NCBI GenBank assembly: GCA_943704425.1
Contig: CALSCP010001986.1
Span: forward strand, 1-64,000
DNA: 64,000 nt
Origin: Ministeria vibrans ATCC 50519
Lineage: Eukaryota > Protista > Filasterea
Reading direction: 5' to 3'
Shown here: positions 47,301 through 60,585 of the stretch, in pieces
Layout of the letters: each line of letters begins with the position of its first letter
How positions within the stretch are numbered: the first letter of the stretch is position 1
The notes under the pieces: generated by a model
What the model saw: only the letters and a program-made list of their open reading frames with translations
The model's database searches: none
Told to the model about the DNA's origin: nothing
Made by a program: the position numbers and the translations under genes

Positions 47301-48450
47301 GCGATGATCTGCGGCAGGACATGCTGTCGCTCCAAATGATCTCTATTATGGACGACCTGTGGCAGCGCCACGGTCTCGACCTCAAGATGTTGCCGTACAA
47401 GGTGCTGTCGACGGGCGACCAGGTGGGACTCATCGAGGTGGTGACCAACTCGACAACCCTGTGTGACATTCAGCTGAGCAAGGGCGGCAAGACGGGTGCG
47501 GTGCGCGAGGACCCACTGCGTCGTTGGCTTGAGGAAGTGTGCACGGACGCAGCGGCGCTTGAGCACGCTGTGGATAACTTCACGCGCAGCTGTGCGGGCT
47601 ACAGCGTCGCCACGTATGTCATGGGCATCGGCGACCGCCACAACGACAACATTATGATGACGGGCGACGGTCGTATTTTCCACATTGATTTTGGGCATTT
47701 CCTGGGGCATTTCAAGAGCAAATTTGGAGTGCGACGCGAACGAGCGCCCTTTGTCCATGTACCGGCGTTTGTTTATGTTATTGGTGGAAAGGTACCAAAT
47801 GAGTGATAGGTTTGAGTGTGAGTGAGTAAATGGGTGAGTGTTCTTATTTGGATGATTCACCCTGCTCTTGTTGTTTTTGTTCGTTAGGAGGGCGAGCGCA
47901 GTCCCAAGTACCAGGAGTTTAAGGAGCTGTGTGTCGCAGCGTTTCTTGTGATTCGCCGCAATGCTAATTTGCTACTCAATCTGTTCACTATGATGGTCTA
48001 TTCGGGCATTCCTGAGCTTGAGTCCACCCACGACATTGAGTATATGCGTGATATGCTTTTTCTGGATATGGATGAGGTGCAGGCGGGAAAACAGTTTGAT
48101 CAAGTAAGCACCGAGAAAGAAATAAAGTGTGAGAGGAGGGAGAAAGACACAAAGTGTAAAAAAAAGAAACAAACAAAAGAGAGGAGGGAGAAAGTAACAA
48201 AGTGTGTGGAGAGAGAAACAAAATGTGGAAAGAGAGAAAGGGACAAAGTGATAGAGATAGAGTGGAGGGAGAAATACAAACATCGCGAGAGAGACTCGGT
48301 TCTAAATGGTCGTGTTTTGTGTAGACCATTGATGCTGCTCTGTCGAAGGCGCCGTGGACATGTGCCAACTGGACGGCGCATTTGCTGAAGCACGCCAAGA
48401 CGAAACAGCCAAAGAAGGGCAAGAGCGAAGACAACACTGGCGACGATTGA
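44382..48450 (+). CDS. Class I phosphoinositide 3-kinase catalytic subunit (p110-like: ABD-RBD-C2-helical-kinase)
   Basis: ABD: VDFLLPTG...IKQLVWQEA.K.PLF..L...Y.F.CIN. C2: AGLYHG, LPRSARLC. Helical: YLPQLVQALRHE, GHYFFW.LRAEM. Kinase: FKHGDDLRQDML, IGDRHNDN, with the class I activation loop DFGHFLGHFKSKFGVRRERAPF. Four exons ending at TGA 48450. Confidence 0.95.
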
Positions 48451-48611
48451 CACACTCCATTACAAGTCCATACTCCTGTACATACAGCCCTTTTTTTCTT
48501 CTTCTATTTGTTATCTTTTTTTCCGCGTCGGAAAGGTTATAAAGATAGAGTGTTGATGCTTCTACTCCTTGACCCATTGCAATTTATTTTTACACACACA
48601 CACTTTGTGGA

Positions 48612-48973
48612 TCAGGCGGCGGTAAAGCCTCCGTCGATGGGCAATGCAACGCCCGTGATCATCGAACTCTTGTCGCTCAGCAGGTAAAGCACCGCGTCCA
48701 CAACCTCGTGCACCTCGCCGAATCGTCCGATGGGAAGCCGATCAAGCATTCCTTTGGCCTTGTCGGGATCGCCCCAGGCAACACGACCCATGTCCGTCAT
48801 GATGACGGTGGGATTGACAGCGTTCACTCGAATGTTGTATGGTCCAAGTTCAAGGGCGAGCGAGCGAGTCATCTGGTCCAGAGCACCTTTGCTCGCACAA
48901 TAGACCAAGTGATCTTTGAGTGCTCGCATGGACGCCTGACTGCTCACATTCACAATGGATCCTGACTTTCCCC
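48612..48973 (-). CDS. DCXR: 3' half of an L-xylulose reductase / dicarbonyl reductase-like SDR (N-terminal Rossmann half missing)
   Basis: [11 protein letters not shown]...[35 protein letters not shown]...W.DP.KA..ML.R.P.GRF.EV..VVD..L.LLSD.S.MITG..LP.DGGF. No TGxxxGIG exon is found upstream. Confidence 0.85.
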
Positions 48974-48992
48974 CTGTGACAAACAAACAGAC

Positions 48993-48996
<4 letters not shown>

Positions 48997-49086
<90 letters not shown>
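48997..49086. repeat. (GA)n microsatellite
   Basis: Direct inspection. Confidence 0.97.
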
Positions 49087-49088
<2 letters not shown>

Positions 49089-49127
49089 GTCAGGCTTGAC
49101 AGAGAGTGACGGTTTGTACCTTTATAC

Positions 49128-49389
49128 CTTTCCGGGCCAAAAAACAATAGGGGTGGCTCGTTTCAACAAGTCCTTCACTCATGGTAACGAGTATAGGATC
49201 ATACGACGCAAGGGAGTCGACCGGCACGTCCCAGCGAAGTGAGTGCTTTACACTTCCGTGTTGAATCTGACAGGGAATCGAGCCCGAAGCGTAAGCGACA
49301 GCAAACGAGCTCGCACCGCGACCAGGAGCCTTGTGTGTATTGGCTGTGCTTGATGCCTGAAGGCGGGCCGAAGGTTTTGAAGATGACAT
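49128..49389 (-). CDS. PACRGL: First exon of a PACRG-like protein (remainder missing)
   Basis: FAVAYASGSIPCQIQHGSVKHSLRW...YDPILVTMSEGLVETSHPYCFLARKG matches the PACRGL pattern IPC...HGSVKH.L.W...FDP.L....EGL.ET.HPY.F. GT donor at 49127. Confidence 0.85.
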
Positions 49390-49556
49390 AACTTTGTTGT
49401 TCCGCACTTGTTCGTATTAATAATAATAATTATTATTATTACGAGGATGAAGAATACATTATTGATGATAATAATAACAAGATTGATATCCGATCTTTGA
49501 CACTGAATTGACCGAGTGCTCACATTTATTTTTTCATCTGCTGCTGTCTCGCTACA

Positions 49557-49651
49557 ATGGAACCCACAGTCGTGTACTACGATCCGGCGGAATACATCGA
49601 AACGGTTCGTTGAGACGTGATGAGAAGAAACGCGTTTCCGTCACCGTTGCC

Positions 49652-49745
<94 letters not shown>

Positions 49746-50358
49746 TTGTGGTCGTCGACAGGGCACCGGTAACGTCGTGAGCCGCTCAGCCTTTCTCGGG
49801 GGGCTGCGCAACATTGCTCTTGCGCGCAAGGCAAGACCCGCCGAGGCTGCTGCTGCTGCTGCTGCTGCCTGCCTGACCCCCTCCCTCCCCTCCGCCCCCG
49901 TAGACGATTGTCCAGAGTGGCTGTGTGCTCCGCGGCGATCTGGCAGCCGTCAAGGTCGGTCTCAACTGCATCGTTTGTCGCGACGTTGTGCTCCGTCCGC
50001 CCTTCAAACGCTTCAAAGGGTACACTACTTCCTGCACCTGTGCCCGCGCCCATCCGTTGTGCTGATATTCTCTTGTGTGTGTCTTCAGCGGCATTGCCTT
50101 TTTGCCTCTGCAAATCGGCGACTTTGTCATGATCGAGGAAGGGGCGGTCGTCAGCGCAGCCCAAGTCGGCTCCTACGTGCACATTGGAAAGAACGCCGTC
50201 ATTGTACGCAACACACTAAAACGAAACAAATCAGTCAAATAATACACTTTTGTAGGGCGCTCGCTGTCTCCTCAAAGACTGCTGTAGCATTGCCGAAGGC
50301 GCTGTATTACCACCCGACACAGTTGTGCCCTCGTTTACGCATTTCTCCGGCAATCCAG
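49557..50358 (+). CDS. DCTN5: Dynactin subunit 5 (p25); 3' end lost at the repeat/gap
   Basis: Spliced product: [10 protein letters not shown]|GTGNVVSR...NI.L.RK|TIV...CVLRGDL..V.VG..C.....V.RPPFK.F.G|[31 protein letters not shown]|GR..LKDC..I.....[15 protein letters not shown]. Confidence 0.93.
49653..49742. repeat. (TC)n microsatellite in DCTN5 intron 1
   Basis: Direct inspection. Confidence 0.97.
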
Positions 50359-50459
50359 GTCAGAGAAAGAAAGAAAACAGAGAAGAGAAGGGAGAAAATA
50401 GAAAGAGAGAGAGAAAGAAGGAAGTGTATTTGTATGTTAAGAAAGAGAGAGAGAAAGAA

Positions 50460-50613
<154 letters not shown>

Positions 50614-50779
50614 CCCCCCCCCGTCCTATATTCGATTGCTCTCGTGTCCTTGTTCGACCGAATCACTTAACACCTTCGTTTCGCCGTTTCAAAAACAAAA
50701 AAGAGAGAGAAGAGAAATTCAAAAAGGGCGCTCGTTGGAGTATCGGAGCTCTCAAGGACTCACCACTGCTGTGCTTTAG

Positions 50780-53700
50780 GCAAAACCGACAAGAAAATAC
50801 CAGCACTGCAGTCCTTTCATTCGGAGATTGCCGTTCTCAATGTGTCCGACGGAGGTAGTCCATGGCGGTCGAGCGTAAACACACACATGTCCTTGGCTGA
50901 CTGACGCTTTTCGATTTTGCAGGCTCGCACGTCGTTGCTCTGCTCCACAGCGGCGCTGTGGTACTCTGGTGCCGCGCCACTGACCGGCTCTCTGTTCTTC
51001 CCCCCGCACCCGATTTGCGAGGCTCCGCTGCCACTGTGGTTGACTCGACGGCGCGCGTCTATGCCAGCTGTGACGGAGAGTCGGTGCTGGTGTCGACGCG
51101 TGCTGGTAGGTTCCTTTGGGATGCTACCATGGCCGATCGCCGTGTCGACAGCGAGTCCACGTCCATTTGGTATACAGTGCCGACCAGTGTAGAGTCCGAC
51201 AGTGATGGTGGTGGTGGTGGTGGTGGTGGCGCGCGCTCGGCGACGCCTGTCGCGCCTGAGCCCACCATTGTTGGAGGAGCAATGGAGACGTGTGTGTTTC
51301 GCACGAATGAGACTGACATTGACGGTGGTCGCTCGTGTTGTGTGGTGACTGCGGTGCACACGGGTGTACGCGTACACATTGCCTCCGTCACCGTTCGTTT
51401 CCGAGTTGTACGCTCGTCGGGCAGGGTGGATACCAAGTGGCGCATTGTGCGTGCCTCGTGCGACCGCGAGCATCGTCTGCCCTCAACCGTGGTCAGCTGT
51501 CGATTGTGTTGCGCTTCAGATGGCATTGGGGTGGCACTTGCAGCAAACCTTCAGTCCATGGCTCCGTCGCATCTCTTCCTCTTCTCATCGCGTGTGCAAA
51601 AGGCTCTCACAACCGTGTCGGCCGTGCAGCGGGCCGAACGCCCCTCTCGCAGTCACTGGATCCGCGACATTGTCTTTTTATGCGATGGTCTTCTCTTGGC
51701 GACACTCACCGGAGGCGGCTTGCTGTCGCTGTACACACGCGCTGGCGAGCCACTCATCATTGCCCCAAATGAGCCGCGATTTCTCCCCTCCATTGCGTGT
51801 CCTCTCTTTGGTGCAGCAATTGACGTTGACTTTGTCAGCATGGCCGTGCATCCCGATGGTCGGGAGCTTCTCTGCTGCGATGGTCATAGTACTGTGGCAC
51901 TACGAGTGCGTGACGCACTCGACTCAACCGCCATTGTACGCACGCTCGCCTTGAACACGGCGCAGACGGCGTCGCTGCAGCCCAGCAATGTCTCGTCGCC
52001 GCCATTGGATGTTACCACGGCGCAGTTGGTGCACGCCTGGCGACTCGGCTGTGGCGAGCCGGGTGGTCCCAGCTCCTGTCGTCGCTTGCTCGATTCTCTG
52101 GCACTTGTGGGACAGCTCATCTGCTCCCACGCTTCCAACCCTCCGTCGTCGTCGTCGTCGTCGTCGTCGTTACGCCATCCCGTCAATCACATATTATTGT
52201 TGTTGCGACAACTTCTTTCCGCCAGCATGCTCGCCTCGGCCGACGGTGGCACATTGCCCCTTGTGCTTGACACTATCACGGGTCTCTTCAACGTCTTGAT
52301 TGACTTTCGCGACCCTCTTGCCTGCATGCACTTTTTACGCCATGCGGAACTTGGCCTTCAGTTGCACGTGAGTCACCTGTCATTGCACTCGGCCTCTCGT
52401 CTTCCATCCGCAGCACTCGACTCACCTTCGCGCCCCTCAACGGCCACCTCGTCATCCTTTTTCTCAGCACCAAGCGCCACAGCGGCCCCTCCCGACACCA
52501 ATCTCGTGTCGTTCCCACTCAACGATTCGGTCGATTTTGAGTTTGAGGGTGGGCCGCCGTCGCTGGCATCCATGTCGGGCGATTGGCGTCCCGGCGGCAT
52601 CACAATGCTCGATGAGACCGAAGACGTCGCGCTGCACCGTGCCGACGACAGCAGCGACAACGTTGAGTTTGGTCTGGGCAACTCAGGGCTTGTACCTCTG
52701 GTGCCCGTGTTTCAGCAGCACCACGCAAGTGCAAACGACACAGTTGTGTTGTGTGATGCCGATCAGAACTTGAGTGCCGCCTACAACTACGATCTGTACG
52801 GCGACGTACGCTGTGCACCCATCATACTCGATGCACTTTGGACGCGTGTTCTGCTCCTGTGCGATGAGCCGTCGCTCAAGAATGATTCCGCGGCTCTTGC
52901 CGTCTCACATCAGATTGCCCATCGACTTCGTCGCAATCACGCTTCGCTGGCAGTCTCGGCGCGCTCAAGCGGTGTGGTAAACGACGTTCTCTTGGGACAC
53001 GAGGCGATGATGCAGGAGGACGCGCTGGCGGCGGCGGCTTGCTATGCGCGTGCGGGGCCGCAGCATCGCTGGCAGCATATGGCGGCGCTGTTGCTTGCCT
53101 ACGACCTACACGGCGCACTTGAGCTGGCCCTTGACTGTGTGAGCGTTGTGGGACTGCGTGCAGGGCGCGAATCCCTACAATGGTGGCAGCCCGAGCTGGT
53201 GGCTCACGCCAGCGACATTCACGCCTATCCTTTTCTGACGGTCAGCGAGACACACTCGGACGCAGCTGCACTGTGTCTGGCTATGCTTGGCGAGACCATG
53301 GCGTGCTACTTTGAGGATGCTTCGTCACTATGTGTGCCCACTCCTGTCTCCTCACTCATGCCGCAGCTCATGTGTGAAGATGCACGTCGCGCTGTGGCAC
53401 TCTCAGCGTCATTTTCTATGCTCGACCGTCGTCGTGTGACCGCCGCCTGCGTCGCCAATACGACCTTGGAATGTGTATGGACACCTCAGCGCGCTTGTGA
53501 ATTATTACTCATTGCCGGAGCTGCGGCACGCGCCGCTCAGTTTGCTGATCGAGTTGGTGCATGGAAGACAGCGCTCGTGGCTGCTCGTGCCTGTCAGCAA
53601 GACCGCCTGGCTCAAGAACTTTTGCAGCGACTGGGCACACGCGCACTCGACACGGGTGACCATGCCCTTCTGGTGGATGTGTGTGAAGCGTGTGCTCGCA

Positions 53701-56700
53701 CTGATCTTCTCGCAGTTTGGGCTCGTCTCGTGTCCACCTGTGCCGATCGTCTCGAGTCGGCAGTGCGGTCGTTGCCGCCCAGTGTGCCTGTGGACTTTTA
53801 CTTGCCACAACCTCCCATCTATTGCCTCGATGCGGACTCTACGCCCATCGAAACGCTCGTCATTGAGGATGCGCACCAAGTGCCCGTCGACGGTGTGCTC
53901 AATGCGAGCGTTGTCGCGGCAGCCGATCGCGTTGCGCAAATGCAATTGAATGCACGTTCCCAGTCGGCGGCGGCGGCGGCAGCGGCGGCGGCAGCAGCGG
54001 CCGCAGCCGTCGGGACTGTCTCACCCCTATCGGAAGAGGATGAACACGACGCGTTGCACGATGTTGCAGCAGAGACGAACGTTCGCCGTGTCGTCGCCGG
54101 ATGGCTACAGCGCACCGTTTTGCTTCTCAATGCGGCAGGACACCTTCCAGGGTTGTGCTATACCCACGCAAGTCAATTGCGCGACGCAAACGGTGGCATT
54201 GACAACCTTGTGGCGGACTTTCCTCGGGAGCTGGCAACGCTTGCGCAACAAGAAAGCGACCGTGTGGACAGGACCGATCGACTTGACGACACGGAGGGCA
54301 ACGATGACATGGGCGGTGCAACCCTGGCTCAGGCGATGGCCAGCAACGCCTTCTCTCTTGTGACACGTGTCGCCTTTTTCATGCACGCTCGTGACACGGC
54401 CAATGTGCGTGTCCGACAGTTTGCAGCGCTTTCAACCTTTGAGCGAGCGACCGCAGCCGCCGAGATTGCTTCGGACTTTTCTCGTCTTCTCTCGTTTCCC
54501 CATCTCGTGGTTACCAACGAAGTGCATCAAGTGGTGTTGGGTTGGCTCGCGCAATCGTCGGCGCTCGACGGCGAAGCGTCCTCTGGTGTTCTGCCTACCA
54601 CCCTGCTTTTGCAGCTCTACGGCGACCCCAACTCCGTTTCCGTCGAGTCACATCCATTGCCCATTCGTGCTGCTCTCCGTCGCGCTCAGCGCCACCTGGA
54701 TGCGACGGGGGCGGCTTCGTGCCTTGCCGCACCGCCCCGACCCTTGCCGCTCCCGCGCATGCTCACGTACCTGTGCTTTTGCGAGACGATGTTTCTTGTG
54801 CTTGCGGGGGGTGCTCCCTCAGTGCCTGCTGCCGCTGTTGGACTTCGCCCGGCGCACCGTGTCGCACAGGCCGATGTCACGACCCATGCGCGTCCACAAC
54901 ACCCACTGCGCTCGTCCATGTCACAGGGACACCGACGCGCGCTTTTGGCTGCCGCTACTGTTGGCAAGTGGAGCGATCGTCCCACCACACCCATGCGAGT
55001 GTCGTTGGCGCGTCTTGATCGAACCCTCCAAGGCCTCACGGTTGACGGTAACGTTGCCAACGACGAAACTTCTCTCAATGTCTCGACACGTCGCACTGCA
55101 TTTTTGCATGTGCCATTGTCGCTCGAGATGGCGCTCAACGCGGCACATTCAACTCGTTCAGTCGTGTCGCACGTATCGCCGCAAAAGGTACTGACGATTG
55201 CTCCGCTCACGTTTGACGCGGATGAGACCGAATCGCTGCTGGATGCAACGGGTTGCTCTAGGGGCTCCCTGATCTCCTTGAGCAACTCGGACGATGGATT
55301 TTTGTCGATGCAGGCCATTGTGCAGGTGAAGGGGGAGGTTGAGGCGCCAGGACAGGCGGAGGCCGAGCATGAGACAGCCGCAGACGTGTCCAAGAACAGC
55401 TTTAGTCGCAGTCTTGAGATGACGCTCGACGAACTGTCAGAAGGACCGGCATGCTCGTCGGCTGTCGTTGTGTTGCCATCGCCTTTTCCGCTGCCAGCAT
55501 CGACCGCGCGAGCCGCGTACAACGAGAGCTTTCAGGCTTCAGTTGAGGAGACACTCAATGTCGCAGAAGAAGACGGCAGTGAAACGACGATGGACCAGAG
55601 AGAGCCCTTGTACTACCCGTCGTTGCATACGTACGATGATGCACCTGAACGTGACCTCGTGGCACCCTCGTCGTGCACGAGTTCCGTTGAGGCGTCTGCT
55701 GCGACATCGTTCTCCTCGTCGACGGCACTTTCGTCGCACGCCGATGCTGATCCGCTTGACAACTCCTATCGCCCGACATTGGCATCGACACTAGGGGACT
55801 CCTCTGTTTGCTTTGATGCCGACGAGGCTGAGACGGAGGGCGAGGCGACGGCGCGACGCGCCGCCTACATTGCAGATGTGCCCATGCCTGTGACTGTGTC
55901 GGAGCGACCACCATCGGCACCTCGACGCGCTCAGGGGTCGACAACGCAGGTGGTTGTGACCGGCGAAACGGAGGGTGGCAACAGTCCTGTCGTTGACCAT
56001 GACGACGATCATGATGGCGACGATGAGAGTCTTGCGTTGGAACTGACAGTGGACGAAGTGAGCTGCCTGGACATGTCCGCGGGGCGGCGGCCTATCTTGG
56101 TTGGAGAAGGAGAAGTAGGAGGAATGGTGACTCCGATGGGCCTGAGTGAGCTTGAGGGTAATACGCACGACGACTACTGTCGTGGCGACTACCACACCGA
56201 TGCCGAGGACGATTTGCTCGAGACAACGCTTGCGACACCCGAGGGATCGTACCGGTTCAGTGAGGGCGCAGCGACTCCCGAGCCCTTCTCGCTGAGTCTC
56301 TTCTCAGATCGTCCCGACTCTGTCGCTGCGTCTGCATCGGCGTCTGGCGCGTCATGGCAGCCTGCAACACTTCGCACACGCCCTTCCACGCGACCTGCAT
56401 CCTCGGCTCGCAGGAGTGTGTTGCGCACAGGCAGTGCCCCGTCCATGACGGCCACTGCGCCACTTGGACCGACAATGCTGACGGGCGACGACTGGGAGCG
56501 TGAACTACAGCAAGCCAATGCAACCACCTTGCGTGATATTGTGCGTCAGCAACACTCCGCATTGATGGGTCTTCTCACACTCAATGGGGCGGTTGTATCC
56601 GCGCCAGCTTCTCAGCTACGATCCCAGACACGACCGTTCACTCCTACCACAGCACCAGCACCGCTACCATCGACAACGGCTGCTCACGATCATCTTCATC

Positions 56701-58313
56701 TTCTTCGCTCCCCTGTCACATCACACATGGGTGCCCACGACGACAGCATGCCGCCTCCTTTGCTTGTACGTCGACCACCTGCCGCCTCTGTGTCCATCTC
56801 AGACCCGCGTTCCGGCTCCTCCTCTGGTCAAGACGAGTGTCCTGCTAATGGACCACCGCTGCTCCATCGACCGACTTTGTCTGCCGCTCGGCCACCTCTC
56901 CTTCGACCAGCACACGAACCCCGTATGCATTCGTCTGCCATTGTCGACAACGACATGCCTCTCTTGCGTTTGCCATCACGACGGCGCCACGAAGTAGGAC
57001 AGGCTCCACAGTCGTTTCAGTCCAGTCGTGACGACCTCTCTTTGCGACCCCGTGCCGAGTTTGCCTTTGTTCCGCCTCCCGTAGTCTCGAGGCACGTTCC
57101 CCTTGTCGTTGGTCAGGGGGGCCGGGCGCGTCGGGCGCGTCGGGCCCATCGCCGTCTTTTCTACCCGACACACACGGCTGTCGTGTACACTGCAACCAAA
57201 AGCGCGCCCATGCCCACGCCAGAGGGGTCACCACCGCCAGTTGCAACGAGGCGTGTTGTCACAGTGGACTCTGCCACATCACCGATTCGTTATGAGGCGA
57301 AACGTGCTGTTATGGCAACACAAACTGCCCCAGAACAAGTGTCCGTGGCACAGAACACTTGCATTGATACGTGTCACTCGGCGACACAGACGCACATCGC
57401 GCGCACCATCGTCGAAAGTGTACAGACGGAAGAAGAGCCAGTGCGTGTCAGTGCGAGTGTAACACAGACATCGACAAGGGAGACAGGTCCTGTGGCGACA
57501 CTGGCTGGACTCCACGTTGTACCGGGAGTGCTCCCACCTGCACTTGTTTTTGACGATGCAACCACCTCAACCGCTGAGGGTCTTGTGGGCGTTGCCGATC
57601 TCGACGGAGGTGAGCTTGTATGCCAGGCGATTGCGCAGGTACCCTTTGGCGGTCGGGAGGAGAAACAGGTGCAGGGACAGGCAATTGGAGGAGATCCTGT
57701 GACAGACGCACTCTTGGAACTGACTTTGGTTGGTCGCGAAGGAGATGATGAAGAGGAGGAGGAAGAGGAGGAGGAGGAGGATGAGCAGCTGGCGCAGCAG
57801 GAATCTGTATCGCTGTCGCGCCTGGAGGACCGACTGGCACACTTGAATGCGCTGTGTCGTGCACTAGAGCAACCTGATGAAGATGATGTGGAGGTGCATG
57901 AGCCAGACGGGCCGCCTCTTTTGGAGGAGATGGACTCGTTTCAGTTGGCTAACGACGAGAATGACGGAGTGTCCGTTGTAAGTGCGCAGTCTGCGGCTTT
58001 GTCGGTCGGTGGCAGCAGCAGCAGCAGCATCAGTGGCGGTGGACAACCCGCTGTCACGCGTGCGCCGTTTCAGGTCGTTGATGTGGACGTGGTGTACACG
58101 CACAACCACCCAACTGGCAGTGGTGAAAAGGGACGCAACGCAAAGTGGCTTCCGACGACTGCGCGAGGGACTCCGACCTCTGGATCGCCGCATGCCGAGC
58201 GCCGTCGTCAAATGCACGAGCAGCACACACGTGCACGTCTCAGTCAGGCCCAGCACCTGATGGACGGCATCCTGCACGCCCATCACATCGACATGACCGT
58301 ACTTCCTCTCTAA
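50780..58313 (+). CDS. CPLANE1: CPLANE1/JBTS17 (C5orf42)-like ciliogenesis protein; 5' end probably in the gap
   Basis: Exon 50780-50854 (KTDKKIPALQSF) joins exon 50923-58313. Blocks recalled from CPLANE1: L.SG.V.LW, WIRDI.F..DGLLLA....G.L.L.TR.GE.L, F.S...HP....L...DG, VWT..RA.ELL..AG....A...A..VG.WKT and PVDFYLP.PP.YC. Long low-complexity C-terminus. Confidence 0.78.
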
Positions 58314-58449
58314 CTATTATTATATTACATTATTATTTATTTCTATTTATATTATAGCTATTCAAGTACAATAAAAATGGCTGTCATTATTTATTTGAAT
58401 CGTTGGTTGTGATGATGGAGTGATGATAGTACAACATCTTGCAATAATC

Positions 58450-60408
58450 TTACTGCGGCACTCGAATGGTCAGGCGAAAGGAGAGCTGCGTGACAATCTT
58501 CTGATCGTTTTGAGAGGTACCCTCAAGATTCACGGTAAACTCTGGTGCACTAATTGATATAACTTTGTAAGGAAGAGGCGGACAGTTCAATGCTGATAGT
58601 TGCGTACCCACTGGCGTCAATGGCGGTAAAGCGCACGACATCTTCGTGTGAGCCTAACGGCACATTTAGCTTCTCGGTGAGCTGGTGAACAAGATCGCGA
58701 GCAGACTGGACACCCTGCAGTGCCTGGCCAACCGATGTTGACGCTGTGCTGTCGCGCATGCGCTGCTGGTGAATGCTTTCGGTGACAGTGCCGGCCGCAC
58801 TGACCATCGACAGGAACTGCTCTTTGCTCTTCCTCCACTGGTCCGGGTGGATCGCACTGAGCTGCACCGCAAACGGCAGTGGCCGGTCACTGGGCCACTT
58901 CCCTGTAAAAACAACGACATTTTGGACTCCGAGCACATCGACAAGCTGGCTTGCGCCATGCGCGAGAGGCGCACGAAACTCAAAGGTGTGCTCAAGGGCA
59001 GAGCCCACTCCAAACACAGTGCGAAAGGATGCCTCAAAGTCGTCGAGGACGTACGCCTTTGCATCAAAGTGATCACTGAAGAGTGTCGAGTTGATGTGCA
59101 TTGCTTGCAGCACTACCGTGATGTGGATAGTGTGCGTGTCAATGGATTGGAGCAGCGCGTGCTGCCGTCGCAGTCCCTCGAGCGTGCTCTGGCTCTGTGC
59201 CACCAATGTTAACGCTGGTCCCCCATCCGCCTCCTCACATACAGTACTAGCTGTACTAGCATCGTTGCATAGTGCGCTGAGGAACGCTCGTTCGGCTTCG
59301 CGCATACGCGTGTCAAGACGCTCGCATGCGGCGCGCTCCCTTGCTCGTTGTTGGAGTGCCCTCAAATTTGCGCAAAAGGACTCGTCCGCATGTGACGGCG
59401 CATCAGCCGCAATGCCGTCACATGGCCCTGTTCCGCGCTCGACTGCAATGACAATGCGGATTCCAGCTGTTCCCTCGACATGCAGCAATGGCGGAGCTTT
59501 TATCGACGTTGACGCCGCGCATGTCGTTGACTTGCGGGTTGGTCTGTCCCACCTTTGAATTGTGTACACCCTCTCGTAATTGGTGTTGATTGACCCAAAG
59601 TATTCCATCTCGATGTCATCGTGCATGCAGTCAATCCCCAACTGAACTGCATTTGCCGCCCCCTGTAACGCCGCCTTGCCTGCCACACCGTATTGGGGAA
59701 CAACGCCAGCGACACTCGAAAGACGCTCAAGCATGCGACGGACTTTCGCAGCCTGCACGGAGCGGTCCACCTCCGACACGACCAGAGAAAGTCCGACATG
59801 TCCAGCACTCTCCCCAAAGAACAGTTGCTTGTCACGAAATTTTTGAGGGCTTTTCAATTCGACTGGAACTGTCGGGCGTGTGGCACTATTCCCTGCGATA
59901 TATATATAAATGAAAAGCTCAAAAAACATCATATGATTGATAACAATAATATTGTCAGGCAATTACCTCCACAAGCTGCGGAAAGAATCCACGAGGCGCA
60001 GCCGGCACGGAGATGGTCAGGCACGTTGGCTTGGTAAAGAAAGTTTTTCTCGGCAGTCGACACTTTTGCTTTGAAGACGCCTTCGAATCTCTGATCGAGA
60101 TCTCGAGAATAGAGCGCTCTTAAATCGAATTCGCGCAACACTACGCGTACATAGCCACCTTTGAGCGAATCTCCACGCGGAGACTCGTTGCAAGTGACTC
60201 GCACTGTGGTCGAAAGGTCGTCAATCAAACCGCCGCGAAAAAGCGCACTTGATGTGTGTATTGCGCGATCAGCCGACTCCACATCATGATCATGCATATG
60301 TAGAGTACTAGTAGGTGGACTTGTCACCGTACAAACAGGCTCCTCGACCTCAGCCGGCGCAACTCGATTGTGGTGGCGACGTTGCACTGGCGAGTTGGGC
60401 GTTGCCAT
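58450..60408 (-). CDS. Uncharacterised protein with an internal tandem duplication (two beta-rich domains, each with an amphipathic helical insertion)
   Basis: Exons 60408-59967, 59892-~58608 and 58549-58450 splice in frame through GT-AG introns. An internal repeat is visible in the protein. Confidence 0.7.
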
Positions 60409-60585
60409 GACAATCGATTTTCTTTACAGTCGTTCACAAGTTGGACCGCGAATCGATTAACGTCGAGCTTCAGCTAATGTCGAGCTCTTCAATCTGAGTG
60501 TCTTATATGCTACTAATTATATACGTACTAGTAACAAAACAAAATAATTATTTAATTATATATTTTTACATAATATTTCACTCTG

